A DNA stretch of 47,545 nt from assembly GCF_006345805.1 (NCBI RefSeq), contig NW_021835560.1, positions 1-47,545 of the forward strand, given 5' to 3'. The notes below the pieces were generated by a model. That model saw only the letters and a program-made list of their open reading frames with translations. It had not been told where the DNA came from and ran no database searches. Of this stretch, positions 25,076-38,639 are shown in pieces (the stretch's first letter is position 1; every line of letters begins with the position of its first letter). The position numbers and the translations under genes are program-made. This DNA is from Octopus sinensis (Eukaryota).

Positions 25076-25563
25076 TAAATTGTGTTTGGAAAGAACTGAC
25101 GCTTATTCGTGGCTCGTAATTCAAATTTGACATTTTATTTCTCCGTTGTTTGTTTAATAAATAAGCCTGTTCGGTTTCGTTACAATGAGCTAGTTTTGCG
25201 TAATTTAAAATTTTAAATATAATGTTTCAAAAACAAAAAACAACAATAAAGCTTCCAAAATGGAGGGACGTAATGGGTGCTGGGTCAGCCATTATTGTAT
25301 TATCATCCCACTAGTAACTGACACTGTCGGGAGGCATATAATAGCAACAACAAGTGTCACAAGAGCTGCAGCAAAAATGAGGAGCAAGAAAAGTTATAAA
25401 TTATGTAAGCACGATCTTCATCAGCGTCACAACACCAACGCCACCTCCACCACGAAAACAAACACCACCACCTTACCTCTACTGCCACTCTACTACTACT
25501 AACAACAAAAACAGAAACATTAATAAAGATAGAATAGCCGCCGTTCTTAAACAAAATGGAAAG

Positions 25564-25673
25564 GGCGGCGAGCTGGCAGAAACGTTAGCACGCCGGGCGA
25601 AATGCTAAGCGGTATTTCGTCTGCCGCTAGGTTCTGAGTTCAAATTCAGCCGATGTCAACTTTGCCTTTCATC
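25564..25673 (+). mobile_element. SINE type A 5' half
   Basis: ggcggcgagcTGGCAGAAACGttagc ... GAGTTCAAATTC ... ctttgcctttcatc; near-exact reverse complement of the head of 42732-42958. Confidence 0.9.
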
Positions 25674-25700
25674 ATGTATCTCCCAATAAATTGGCTGAGA

Positions 25701-25767
25701 ACAGACAGACAGACATACAGACAGACAGGTAGATAGATAGACAGACAGACATACAGATAGATAGATA
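25701..25767. repeat. (GACA)n/(GATA)n microsatellite
   Basis: Direct repeats; continues as (GATA)n at 26891-26908 on the other side of the LINE. Confidence 0.95.
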
Positions 25768-26890
25768 TGTTTCTTTATTAGCCACACAGGGCTGCACACA
25801 GATAGAACAAATTACAAGGTAGAGCTTTTCTTTTGAAGGTATTAAAAAAAAAAAAAAAAAAAAAAAAGGAAGGGGAGGTTCGATCAAAAGGATCGTAAAA
25901 GGAGAGAAGAGGACAAAAATAAGGGGGGTTAAAAAAAAAAAAGGGGGGGAGAGGAAAAAAAAATGATCAATAGGGATCGTTATCACAGAAATGTCAATAT
26001 GAAGTGTAAAGGGGAGGACAGGTGAGGTTTACCCGTGGAAAGAAAAGCCTGCGGAAAAGACCACGGTAACCTCGGTCAATGAAGTCACATTTTATATTTC
26101 TTTTTTTTTTTTTTTTTTTTTGCAAATAAGCAACTCTCTGTTTTCGATTTCTGGGTTCATAGGACTATGCTCAAGGTGGCTTCGTCATTCATACGTGCCA
26201 TTCTTGCTACATTCACCCATCTTTTTTTAAACATTCGCTAGACAAAACTTGCCTCTCTACTCTCACTTCCTTTTCAAGTGGTACTTGAAGAAGTTGATGA
26301 GAGATTGACCAGAGAGGAAAGTGTTTGTCTCCAATCCTTTCAGACGCGTCCACCAGATACATTCTTTCGCCATAGCCAGAAGGATGATGAAAATAGCTCT
26401 TCCTTCCCGTTTGAAGGAAGGAGGCGTGACAATATTGACGATAGACTCAGCTGATAAACCGACTCGTCCCACACGTGACAGCAGTTGTTCGACATAAGCC
26501 CACAGGTCGGAAATTGTTGGACACTGAACGAGTGCGTGCAGAACGGTTTCGTCGCTCTGACCGCATCTCGGGCAGGTCGGCCCCTGTTTCTCGAGCCGTG
26601 TCTGTAGAGCTTATCCCGAACGGGTAGCGCTTCTCGGTAGCACTGCCAGGCCAGGGATCTCATGGAAGTCTGTCCATGGGCCCTGGCCCGAAAGTCGTCC
26701 CGAACAGGCGGGTCAGGTACTCCTCGTCGACGTCCAGGTTCGCCCCGAGCTCGTCGTCGTACCTCCCCTCCACTAAACCCCTATAGAATGCTTTGGTTGT
26801 GTTGAAGTCACTTAAGGTCGACCCAGGACGGCAGAGTTGCTTGAGAGCAACGCGACACTCGCGGTGCCATTCGCCCTTCCTCGGCCTCTT
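25768..26890 (-). mobile_element. 5'-truncated L1/Tx1-like LINE (ORF2 C-terminus with CCHC zinc knuckle plus 3' UTR)
   Basis: Across a few frameshifts the minus strand reads TTKAFYRGL...RSLAWQCYREALPVRDKL...CPRCGQSDETVLHALVQC...AKECIWWTR...TLSIVL* (stop about 26157); T-rich 3' UTR ends AATAAAGAAACAT-(ATCT)n. Confidence 0.85.
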
Positions 26891-26912
26891 ATAGATAGAT
26901 AGATAGATTGCA

Positions 26913-27036
26913 GGCTCACATGGTTTTGCTCAGACCCTCGTTAAGGTAGAAAACATCTGCCGAAGGTGTCTCGTAGTAGGACAGAACCCGGAATCATGTG
27001 GTTGGGAGGCAACCGTCTTACCACACAGCCACCCCT
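26913..27036 (-). mobile_element. SINE type B 5' part
   Basis: gaacccggaatcatgtggttgggaggcaaccgtcttaccacacagcc is the reverse complement of the type B head. Confidence 0.7.
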
Positions 27037-28059
27037 ATCTGTATACTTTTTGCGTCATGGAGTTGATGTGAAAGTGTCCTTCGAATACGCCACTCTTATT
27101 AGTCTAATTAGAATTTGTCTGGGGAGAGAATTATTTTATGTCCTTGTAGAATAGAAAAGAAAACAATGAAAATGAATGATTAATCGTTTGTATTAATAGC
27201 AGGAACCACAAGAACTGAACACCAACTAGTGGAACACTTACTGAAAGTAACAATAACTTATCCTTGGAATTAGAACGTGGATTGTTAAAGACCAAAAAAG
27301 AAAAAAACGGCGGGGTAACGTTTTCGGCATTACATAACGTTTGAAAAATAGGAAACGGTCGGGATACCGGTGAGAAAGATGCCCATTTAGAGCCTAGGCC
27401 TACCTCATCAGAACGAAATTTCGACGAAGCAAGAAGACTAACAAAGATAACAAGAAATTTTGAAATCATCAGCAAAGATGCAACGACAGAATATAATTTA
27501 GCTTTCTTGTCCTCTAAGTAAATATTATCGTATCTTATTGGTTATTTTTTTTTATATTCTGCATGCGTTCTTCTCTCTGTGCTATAAATTTGTGTGTATG
27601 GAATTGTGCACTACATCACGAAAAGTAAACTCGTATATAAATCATTACTTAAATGCTTTTTCTATGGTTCTTTCTTGTTGGATTCCCGGAATTTATTGTT
27701 CGCCATTTCACATGTATCATGCGGAGCATTTCAAAGTCTCCGGTGTCTATTGTTCCTGGAGATAAATTCAAAAAGACAATGTGTTTGATAAAAATGAAAT
27801 AAAAGACTTCAGAGTGAGATATGAGAGATAAATGGATATACTTTCGTTAGAAGTATATTTAAAAGACAAAATGTTTTTGATACCCGGGAGAGATGGAAGT
27901 GAATCGCCTTCTTAAAGAGTACAAGCATGCAGAATTTTAAAAGAAAAAGTTGTCGCTTCCTTTTGTTTACACAATTATATATGATATGAAAATAATTTGT
28001 TTTCATTATATATGTGTAGGTGCGTGTGTGGTGGGGGTGGGGGGAATACATAGGCTTAC

Positions 28060-28557
28060 ATATGTAAGTATGTATATATGTCTGTATAAAAGTAGGTTTG
28101 TATACATACATACATGCATACACACACACATATATATATATACACATATATATGTGTGTGCGGGTGTATATGAGTGTGTATATGTATCTCTCTCTCTCTA
28201 TATATATATATATGTATATATATGTATATATATATATATATCACATATATACCTACAAACATACACACATATATATATATAAAAACATATATATATATAT
28301 TATATATATATATATATATATATGAAGAGAGAGGGAGAGCGATAAGATAGATACATAGATGCAACCCTACTTTCATATATACTTCCATATATATGCGTAT
28401 GCAGATCCCCTCTATACACTCATGTATACATATATAAGCCAAACAAATTATTTTGTGTGCGGGCGGGTCTGTAATGTATGCATTATAAGGGAAATGCAGA
28501 CATAGAGATATATATTCACATCAATATGCCAGCCAAGCAAGAATATAATTCAAATTA

Positions 28558-28619
<62 letters not shown>

Positions 28620-28630
28620 TGTGAGAGAGA
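28060..28630. repeat. Compound TA/CA/TG/CT microsatellite fields
   Basis: Direct repeats. Confidence 0.9.
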
Positions 28631-28732
28631 CTCATCATCTGAAGTAAACGAGGTTCAAAATATTTGAAATTTCTGCATAATTATATAGGATTTGAAAATA
28701 AATTGTACTACACATACGCAAACATATACAAA

Positions 28733-29113
28733 TGTGTGGTAATAGCTTGCTTACCAACTACATGGTTCTTGGTTCAGTCCCACTGCGTGGCCCCTTGGGC
28801 AAGTGTCTTCTGCTGTAGCTTCGGGCCGATCAAAGCGTTGTGAAAGGATTTGGTAGGCAGAAACTGAAAGAAGCCCATCGTATATATATATGTATATATG
28901 TTAGTGTGTGTGTGTGTGTGTGCTTATCTCCCCACAATCGCTTGACAACCAATGTTGGTGTGTTTACGTCCCTGTCACTTCGCAGTTCGGCACAAAAAGT
29001 CCGAGGGAATCAGTACTAGGTTTACAAAGAATAAGTCCTGGTGTCAGTTTGCTCGACTAAAGGCGGTGTTCCAGCATGACCGCAATCAAATGCGTGGAAC
29101 TTGTAAAAGAATA
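28733..29113 (+). mobile_element. SINE type B, near full length, with internal TA/TG microsatellite
   Basis: Head tgtgtggtaatagcttgc, B-box-like ggttcagtcc, CORE-like ccttgggcaagtgtctt, tail ccagcatgaccgca...gtaaaagaata. Confidence 0.85.
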
Positions 29114-29116
29114 CAA

Positions 29117-29234
29117 TATTCACATCAATTACAGTTGATGGATAATTGTTCTCATCTTGTTTGTTGTTAACACAACGTTTCGTCAACTATAAGTAAATAA
29201 TGTACGTAATTCCTTATCTCTTAAATATAGAACT
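29117..29234. mobile_element. Centrally deleted copy of the 19957-20277 fold-back element
   Basis: 29117-29184 matches the left arm up to cgtttcgtc; 29193-29234 matches 20234-20275. Confidence 0.7.
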
Positions 29235-29273
29235 CTATTATGTAACAGAATGTATATTCAGTTATTTTTTTAA

Positions 29274-29618
29274 TTCTTTTATTTGTTTCAGTCATTTGAC
29301 TGCGGCTATGCTGGAGCACTGCATCTAGCCAAGCAAATCGAATCCAGGACTGACTTATTCATTGTAAGTCTAGTACTTATTCTATCGGCCTCTTTTGCCG
29401 AACCGTGAAGTGGATGTGGCGTAAACACACCAACATCGGTTGTCAAGCGATGTTAGGGAGACAAACACGCACATACACACACAAACATATACACATATAT
29501 ATACGACGGGCGCCTTTCAGTTTCCGTCTACCAAATCCATTCACAAGGCTTTGGTCGGCCCGTGGCTACAGTAGAAGACACTTGCCAAAGGTGACACGCA
29601 TTGGGACTGAACCCGGAA
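29274..29618 (-). mobile_element. SINE type B lacking its extreme 5' end
   Basis: Reverse complement of 28733-29113 over most of its length. Confidence 0.85.
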
Positions 29619-29678
29619 GAATTTCGTCGAGAAACAGCCTTCGTATCTCAGAGCTATTCCTGCATATCTATACATATA

Positions 29679-30414
29679 CAGAGTGCTGTGTATAAACTAA
29701 ATTACGGAAAAATGAAAATAATAGATATATTTACCAAAATTACAAAATTACGTTAAAGTATCTTCATGTACAAACGAGCAACTGTACTCAATAAGATCCT
29801 CATTGGCTTCAACCACGGCCTCCAGATGACTTCAAAATCTCCTGCGACTCTTCTGGACATTATCCGTGTTTCAGTTCGTGGATGCTGTCATAATCCTTTC
29901 CTTCAGTTCATCTTTTGCGTTAGAACGAATTGTTTTTGGTCTCTCGTTCAACTACGCCCCACACATATTAGTCCAGGGGCTTTCTGTCTGGGGAGTTGTG
30001 TGGGCAGAGGTTAAGGTGATGTTGTCGCAGAAATCATCTGACATCCATGACTGGGTTCTCCTGCTCGTGTGGCCTGGTGCAGAGTCTTGTTGCCAGTCAT
30101 AGCGTCTTCCAGCAGTCACCCTCTCGACCCAGGGTAGAACTATCTCCTATACGCACTTGATGTACGCCACCGTATTGAGTCCTCAGATCGACACCCAAAC
30201 ATTCCGAAGTGTTCGTATTGGAGATTCCTGCGCCAATGCCAAGCAGTAGAGCATGTCGTTTCCGAAGTTCTGCCAGAGTTAATTGCATCATCATGCTGTT
30301 TTTCTCACAAATGTTGCCCAATAGTCCCTACTATACTGTGTAGCCGCCAAAACCAAAAACAAACAATGCATGAAATGTAAACTATAATATGGCGACAATT
30401 TACACATAGAACGT

Positions 30415-30416
<2 letters not shown>
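29679..30416 (-). mobile_element. Internally deleted Tc1/mariner-superfamily transposon, DD37D (maT)-like
   Basis: Minus strand ...IVLPWVERVTAGRRYDWQQDSAPGHTSRRTQSWMSDDFCD..., frameshifted SPD...PLD, then KDELKERI...LEAVVEANED; N-terminal piece MMQLTLAELRKRHA joined directly; weak TIRs. Confidence 0.8.
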
Positions 30417-30468
<52 letters not shown>

Positions 30469-30525
30469 ATAGGGAGAGGGAGAGAGAGACAGACAGACAG
30501 AGAGACAGACAGACAGAGAGACAGA
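30417..30525. repeat. TA, AG and GACA microsatellites
   Basis: Direct repeats. Confidence 0.95.
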
Positions 30526-30553
30526 GGGGTGGTAACAAATTTGTATGAAAACA

Positions 30554-30745
30554 ACATGGTTCTATATTCAATTCCACTACATGGTGCCGTGGGTTGGCAA
30601 GTGTGTTCTGTTATAACCTAGGACTGACCAAATGTTTGTGAGTGGATTTGATAGTCAGAAAGTGAAAGGCACCGGAGTCAATTCCGTTGAAAGCGTGCCA
30701 CAGTATGGCCGCAGTATAAAAACTGATACCAACAAAATACGAAAG
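30554..30745 (+). mobile_element. Degenerate, internally deleted SINE type B
   Basis: ggcaagtgtgttctg...ttgtgagtggatttgatagtcagaaagtgaaag and tail cagtatggccgcagt. Confidence 0.6.
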
Positions 30746-31325
30746 ATGACACAAAAGCATAATACTATAATATTCCTTATAGAGACGAAATAATCTAGTT
30801 TACCTTTGAAGATCTTTTCATCAATTCAAATCTAACGTGAGGATTTTTTAAGGACTACCTTTCAGATAATGTAGATAATTACAATGCACGCAAATCATGA
30901 GAGCACCAGTAATTGGATGTAGAACTACATTTGAAGACAAGTTTTTTCTTCTTTCTTTTAAAGTAGGACAAAGAGAGAAAGTTTCGGAATACATAAGCGC
31001 GAAAGAAATATAATCAAAATTAAACAAATATAACGAAAACTTTAGATCGTTTGTTGTAAACAGATCAGTGAAACGCATGTATTCGAAGATGAATGACAGA
31101 TTAGATATTTGGAATGTGATTAGGACAAACGGGATTATATATAATAAATATATTGAAACAGAAGTGTATAGTATTTAGTTTTCTTGCTTGTAAGTGGATG
31201 AGACATTGTGACGCAATGCATGTGAACGCAAAGATACAAATCATTGAAGCGTTCATCACTGGAGAACAAATTTTTGTTTACGTCGTCTAGGTTTACAAAA
31301 CATTCAGTATTCATGAATGGAAAGT

Positions 31326-31360
31326 ATATTCACGTTTCGACATGAGTCTCATCAGATAGA
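31326..31360 (-). ncRNA. Hammerhead-like motif with canonical core but GUG triplet
   Basis: Minus strand TAT-CTGATGA-GAC-TCAT-GTC-GAAAC-GTG-AATA; stem I poor. Confidence 0.45.
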
Positions 31361-32369
31361 GGTAACCGGACTAAGTAATCTGACAAGTGCCGATTGGTTT
31401 GTTCGTAATTTTGGCGAAGCGTTTCTTCGCTCACCCGTGTTATTATGTGCTAGCTGCAAAGAAATCGTTATTGAACTGCGAGAAACGAAACGATTCTTTG
31501 CTCGTTTATTCCAAATAAGATGTGGCAGAGCCATGCGCAGGTATACCAAGACGTATTGTGATCCACCCTGGAGAGAAGTTTCTCTCTTGTGAGGTGTATG
31601 TATTCTTAATACATATCATTCATTATGGTAAGAACTTCTGTTGCAAACAGAGTACTCACAGAATTTAAATATTTTGTTGCTTCACAAATTAATGACGTTT
31701 TCCATTTTTTTAAAAAATATACATCATATTACTGTTTGATTAATACAACAAGTCTACGTGAAAACCTTAGAAGAGAGATAGTATATGTAATCAGCTAAGG
31801 TGTCGACCCATATTTCTGTGGCTCTGAACCGTGAACTCTGAAAATAGCGAAGTCCTCATTCAGGAAAAAATGGGCAATATTCAAAAAGTTCTCAGAACCT
31901 TGCTATGTATGTAAGAACCTTGAGGTCCAACTGGGTTCTCACCTGCCGTATCCAAATGTCCCCTGGGTTAGAGAGAGCCCTCGCGTTTTTGTATTGTCAC
32001 TGATTTCCCTGCTGTGTGGTTGGACATTTACTGGAATAGATGTTAACAATAGATGACAATATAAAAGAATCTGACATCTTTTGGTATTTAGAAAATTTCA
32101 TCAATCGCTTGTCCGCCTCGTAAATTAATAGCGCTAATTTTCTGCAGTTGGATAATTTGTTGCCTATATAGACAGATTGGCTCTCTGATTCTCTGCGATT
32201 GGTCAAACTGATGGAAACTCCTCTGGTGAGGTCCCAATGGACATTGTTCGGGGCTGACCCTCATAACATTTTTTCGATCTCTACGAAGAAGTAGCTGAAC
32301 ATTTCCCAGTGCATAACTAGTATATTGATCATAAATATGTATATGAAGGTTGATATAATTATATATATA

Positions 32370-32420
32370 CAAGTGATACCTTTTAGAATATTTTGATCTT
32401 CTGTAATTTACAATGCACAT

Positions 32421-32451
<31 letters not shown>

Positions 32452-32509
32452 CATATGTGCGAAAATTGTAAATTACAGAAGATCAAAATATTCTAAAATG
32501 TATCACCTG
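32370..32509. repeat. 45-bp inverted repeat with a (CA)n(TA)n spacer
   Basis: Arms 32370-32414 and 32465-32509, near-perfect. Confidence 0.9.
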
Positions 32510-32669
32510 GAAAATATTCAGTATAATATTACCTGCAGGAATAGCAATTTGTACTAACGCGAACTTACATAATGCTACCTACTAATTTATGCAATTGCCC
32601 TCGTATTCGGAATGACGATGTTATCGAATCACGTGTACTGAAACAACGATCGTTTTATTTTTGATTGTA

Positions 32670-33175
<506 letters not shown>

Positions 33176-34758
33176 GGAGTTTACGAAAAGCTTTTGAGAA
33201 ACTAATGCAAACAGAATTCTTGTTGGAATTAAACATGATCCTAAAATGCTCCGAGAAGCAGATTAACTCGACCCTTCTGGAGATATAAAAATTCTATGTA
33301 AAAGAGCTTTCGGCTATTTGCAGCTTTTCAAACGCGAATCATAAACATTGTTTTTTTACTGTTCGTTTGAAAATCTGAAATCGTTCAAAAGTACTTGCAC
33401 ACAAATATCCACATCATAGCTTCCATATGCTTTTGCGGGTTAAGCTATATTTGACATATTTTTTTTAAATTTCAAAATATTCCAACTTACGTGTGTGTGT
33501 GTGTGTGTGTGTGCGTATGACAAGATATCTGTGTTTATATTTATGAAAGTGTTTTCTTTGAGAGTCATTGGGTATATCAACATATGCGTGTTTGACTCGA
33601 TCAAGTATGTATTTGTGTATATAATTTCACTGGGATGAGTTTGTTTATGTGTGTATGTGTGTATGTATTTGTGTTTAAGCATGCATATATATATATATCT
33701 GTCTGTAGCTATTAAACTCGGAGAAAATGAAAGAAATGGAACATGATATTTATGGCACACATTATCAAGTTTACATTTTCGTACACATAAATGTGGAACA
33801 AGCACAAATATAAACCATACCATGTGATACTATAGTCTGCCTTAGTATAAAATCATCTTAGTCTTAAGTAACACAGTGCGCATTGCAGGTCAGCACCGTC
33901 ACTTCCCATTTCCTTTCATCGTTATTGCCATACTCCAATACCGACACTAAACCGTATAAAGAGAAATCTTTCCTCAGAAGTGCAAATCTGTGTCTCGTTC
34001 ATTTTATTCAGATTTCTTGATGAGCGTTCAGAAGCCATGCAGTTAAATATAATGAAAACTTCATTGGGGTTTACCAAGCGGTAGAATGTATAAAGTTACG
34101 AACAGCTCACTCTGCTACCAACATAGTACAAACTTTGTAGTTTTCCCTCGTTCCCTATCTTTGTATTTCACCTCCAAACATACATGCATACATAAATGCA
34201 TACATACATATATACATACCTACATACACATACCTACATACGTAAATTCAGACAGGCATACGTACACAAACACAAACATTCATAAAAATATCTGTGTAAG
34301 TATGAAGGTATACATACACATACACGATAAATTGATCCTCATAAAATAGGTAATAAACCACAAAGCTGTGTGTACTCTCGTATATGACTTTACGTGTTTA
34401 TACATACATGTAAACGTATATACAGACTGTGTAATAGGTATACGTTCACACATATGTCGACGAGTGTTTATTTATCTATGTATATAAGTATAAGATTTTC
34501 TTGGTGTTATTATAGCGGTGCCTGGGAAACCATACATGTTATGATCCATGATACAATGAAAGCTACCGCTTCAAAGATTTTCTCGAAAATATTTTCTTTT
34601 ACCTGAAAGTTTCCTTTCAACATTGCACACTTTGATGTTGCTGAAATCTATATAAATATGTGCGTTCGTGCCATTCTTTGCTTGTAAGTGTGTTTATAAC
34701 AATAAACGAATACACACAGAACTACACATCCTTATATACAGGCATCATTCAGTTATAC

Positions 34759-36850
<2,092 letters not shown>

Positions 36851-37131
36851 TATACATTACATAGATAGGTACAAAGGAAGATATATTTATCGAGAGTAAT
36901 TTGGGGGCAAATCCAAAATATATACAATTTTCACACATTTCAACAATTTCCCAATTATTTTAATTTAAAAATGAATCTTTCTTAAGTTTTCTTTTTGAAA
37001 GTTTCATTAAAATCGCTCTCTGAACATCCATATCTTTCACGATATTTGAAAATGTTTGTGTAACTTCAGTGTCTGCTTATTCGTTATCATTTCCCTCCAA
37101 ATCGCGTTTCTGATCTTCGTAACGTTAGTTA

Positions 37132-38007
37132 CGAGATGTACCCAAAAGTAAACGGAAACCTTCCCTGTGGGACAAAGCCCCTTGCAGTTCAGGATTCCGC
37201 CAAAAGACGCCACTTGATTCTGCCCTCATGTGTCAGTCTACCAACCGGCGTTGGTTATTGCGGTCTTACGACCACATTGTGTGTTTTTGTTTTGCAGTAC
37301 TTCTCTCCTCTTCGTCGATTTTTGCGATGGCTGAAGCGAATGAACAGCGTGCTTCCGTGAAATTTTGTTCTCTGCTGGGGAAAACGGCGGCCAATACAGT
37401 TCTCATTCATCGAACAGTTTACAAAGACGCTGCTATGAGCAAAGCACAAGTGTATGCGTAGTTTTCACGCTGTAAGAATGGTTACTAATCTCTTTCACGG
37501 CGACATCAAAGCCCCTGAAAGAATGAAAACATCACGACAATTTATGAACTGATCTTTAAGGACTGTTACCGAACAATTGACGGATTTGTTGATATGACTG
37601 GTGTGTCCAGGAGCTCCTGCCAATGAATTTTGAGTCCGGAATTACGAATGAAAAGATTTGCAGCAAAATTCGTGTTTCATTTGCTGACGGAAGATGAAAA
37701 CCATCATGACTGAATGCGTGTGTATAACTGAAAGAACAGTCTCGATGTTGTTCCGGACATTTCTTCGAAGGTCATCACTGAGAACGAAACCTGGTACCAC
37801 GGAATTTGCAAATGTGGAAAGGCGAAGAAAACACGATGGATGCGTTAAAAGGCATCACTTCGCATGAGTTCTGGCACTGCTTCGAAGAGTACCGACGCGT
37901 TGCTGCAAATGGAGAATACTTTGAAGACGATAAAATTGTGACCATGTGAAAGGAAGTGAATTAAATAATATTGCGAAATTCTGGTTTCTTTTAGGTACCC
38001 CTTCGGG
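37132..38007 (+). mobile_element. Internally deleted mariner transposon with both TIRs
   Basis: TA-cgagatgtacccaaaagtaaacggaa ... ttctggtttcttttaggtaccccttcggg-TA; broken transposase MAEANEQRASVKFCSLLGKTA, ELRMKRFAAKFVFHLLTED, KVITENETWY, then a jump to AANGEYFE. Confidence 0.9.
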
Positions 38008-38639
38008 TATACATATATAATTATATGCAGGATTCAATAGAATCAAGCTATTTTAATAATAATAAAGGGTCGAGAAAAGGACAATGTTAGGGTCGCGAAA
38101 AGGATAATCTTGTACCAACAGTATATATGCACATTCACGCATATATGTGTGTGTACAGGTCTTCTCCTAACACTTACGTACACATGTACATATATATGTA
38201 AGATCGCATCGGACGTACTCCGTCTGGCAGTTTCACGTACTACTGCAAGTTCTAGATCCAACGTAGGGAAGGTTCCGCTTGTGTTGTAAAATAATTAAGA
38301 TCACACTACATGTGCTTCAGATGCGGTTTTTATTCATCAGCCAATGAGTGAATTATATCGGGAATAAAACGGTTTTTTCATGATATAATTGATTTGTTCA
38401 TGAATAAAAAAAAAATACACGTCTGAAATAGATATAGTTAACCTGAGCCCATTTGTGTTCTTACTTTTAAGGAAAGGGAAAATAAGAAAGCTTCTAACAG
38501 AGCAAAAAGATTTACAAAAACCGTTATATTTCAGATGCAAAGGCCGATCCTCAGAATGAGCCATCCTTACTCTTCTTTTTCTGCAATGCTTCAAGCGAAC
38601 TAAATAAAACATTAACATTGTATTTCCAAACCTAAATAC

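Noticed and set aside
27190-27500. Protein-like plus-strand frame (TPTSGTLTESNN...KDATTEYNL)
   Set aside because: In-frame stop, no recognisable domain, no convincing splice sites.
32200-32260. CTGGTGA-GGTCC-CAAT-GGAC hairpin
   Set aside because: No GAAA half of the hammerhead core follows.
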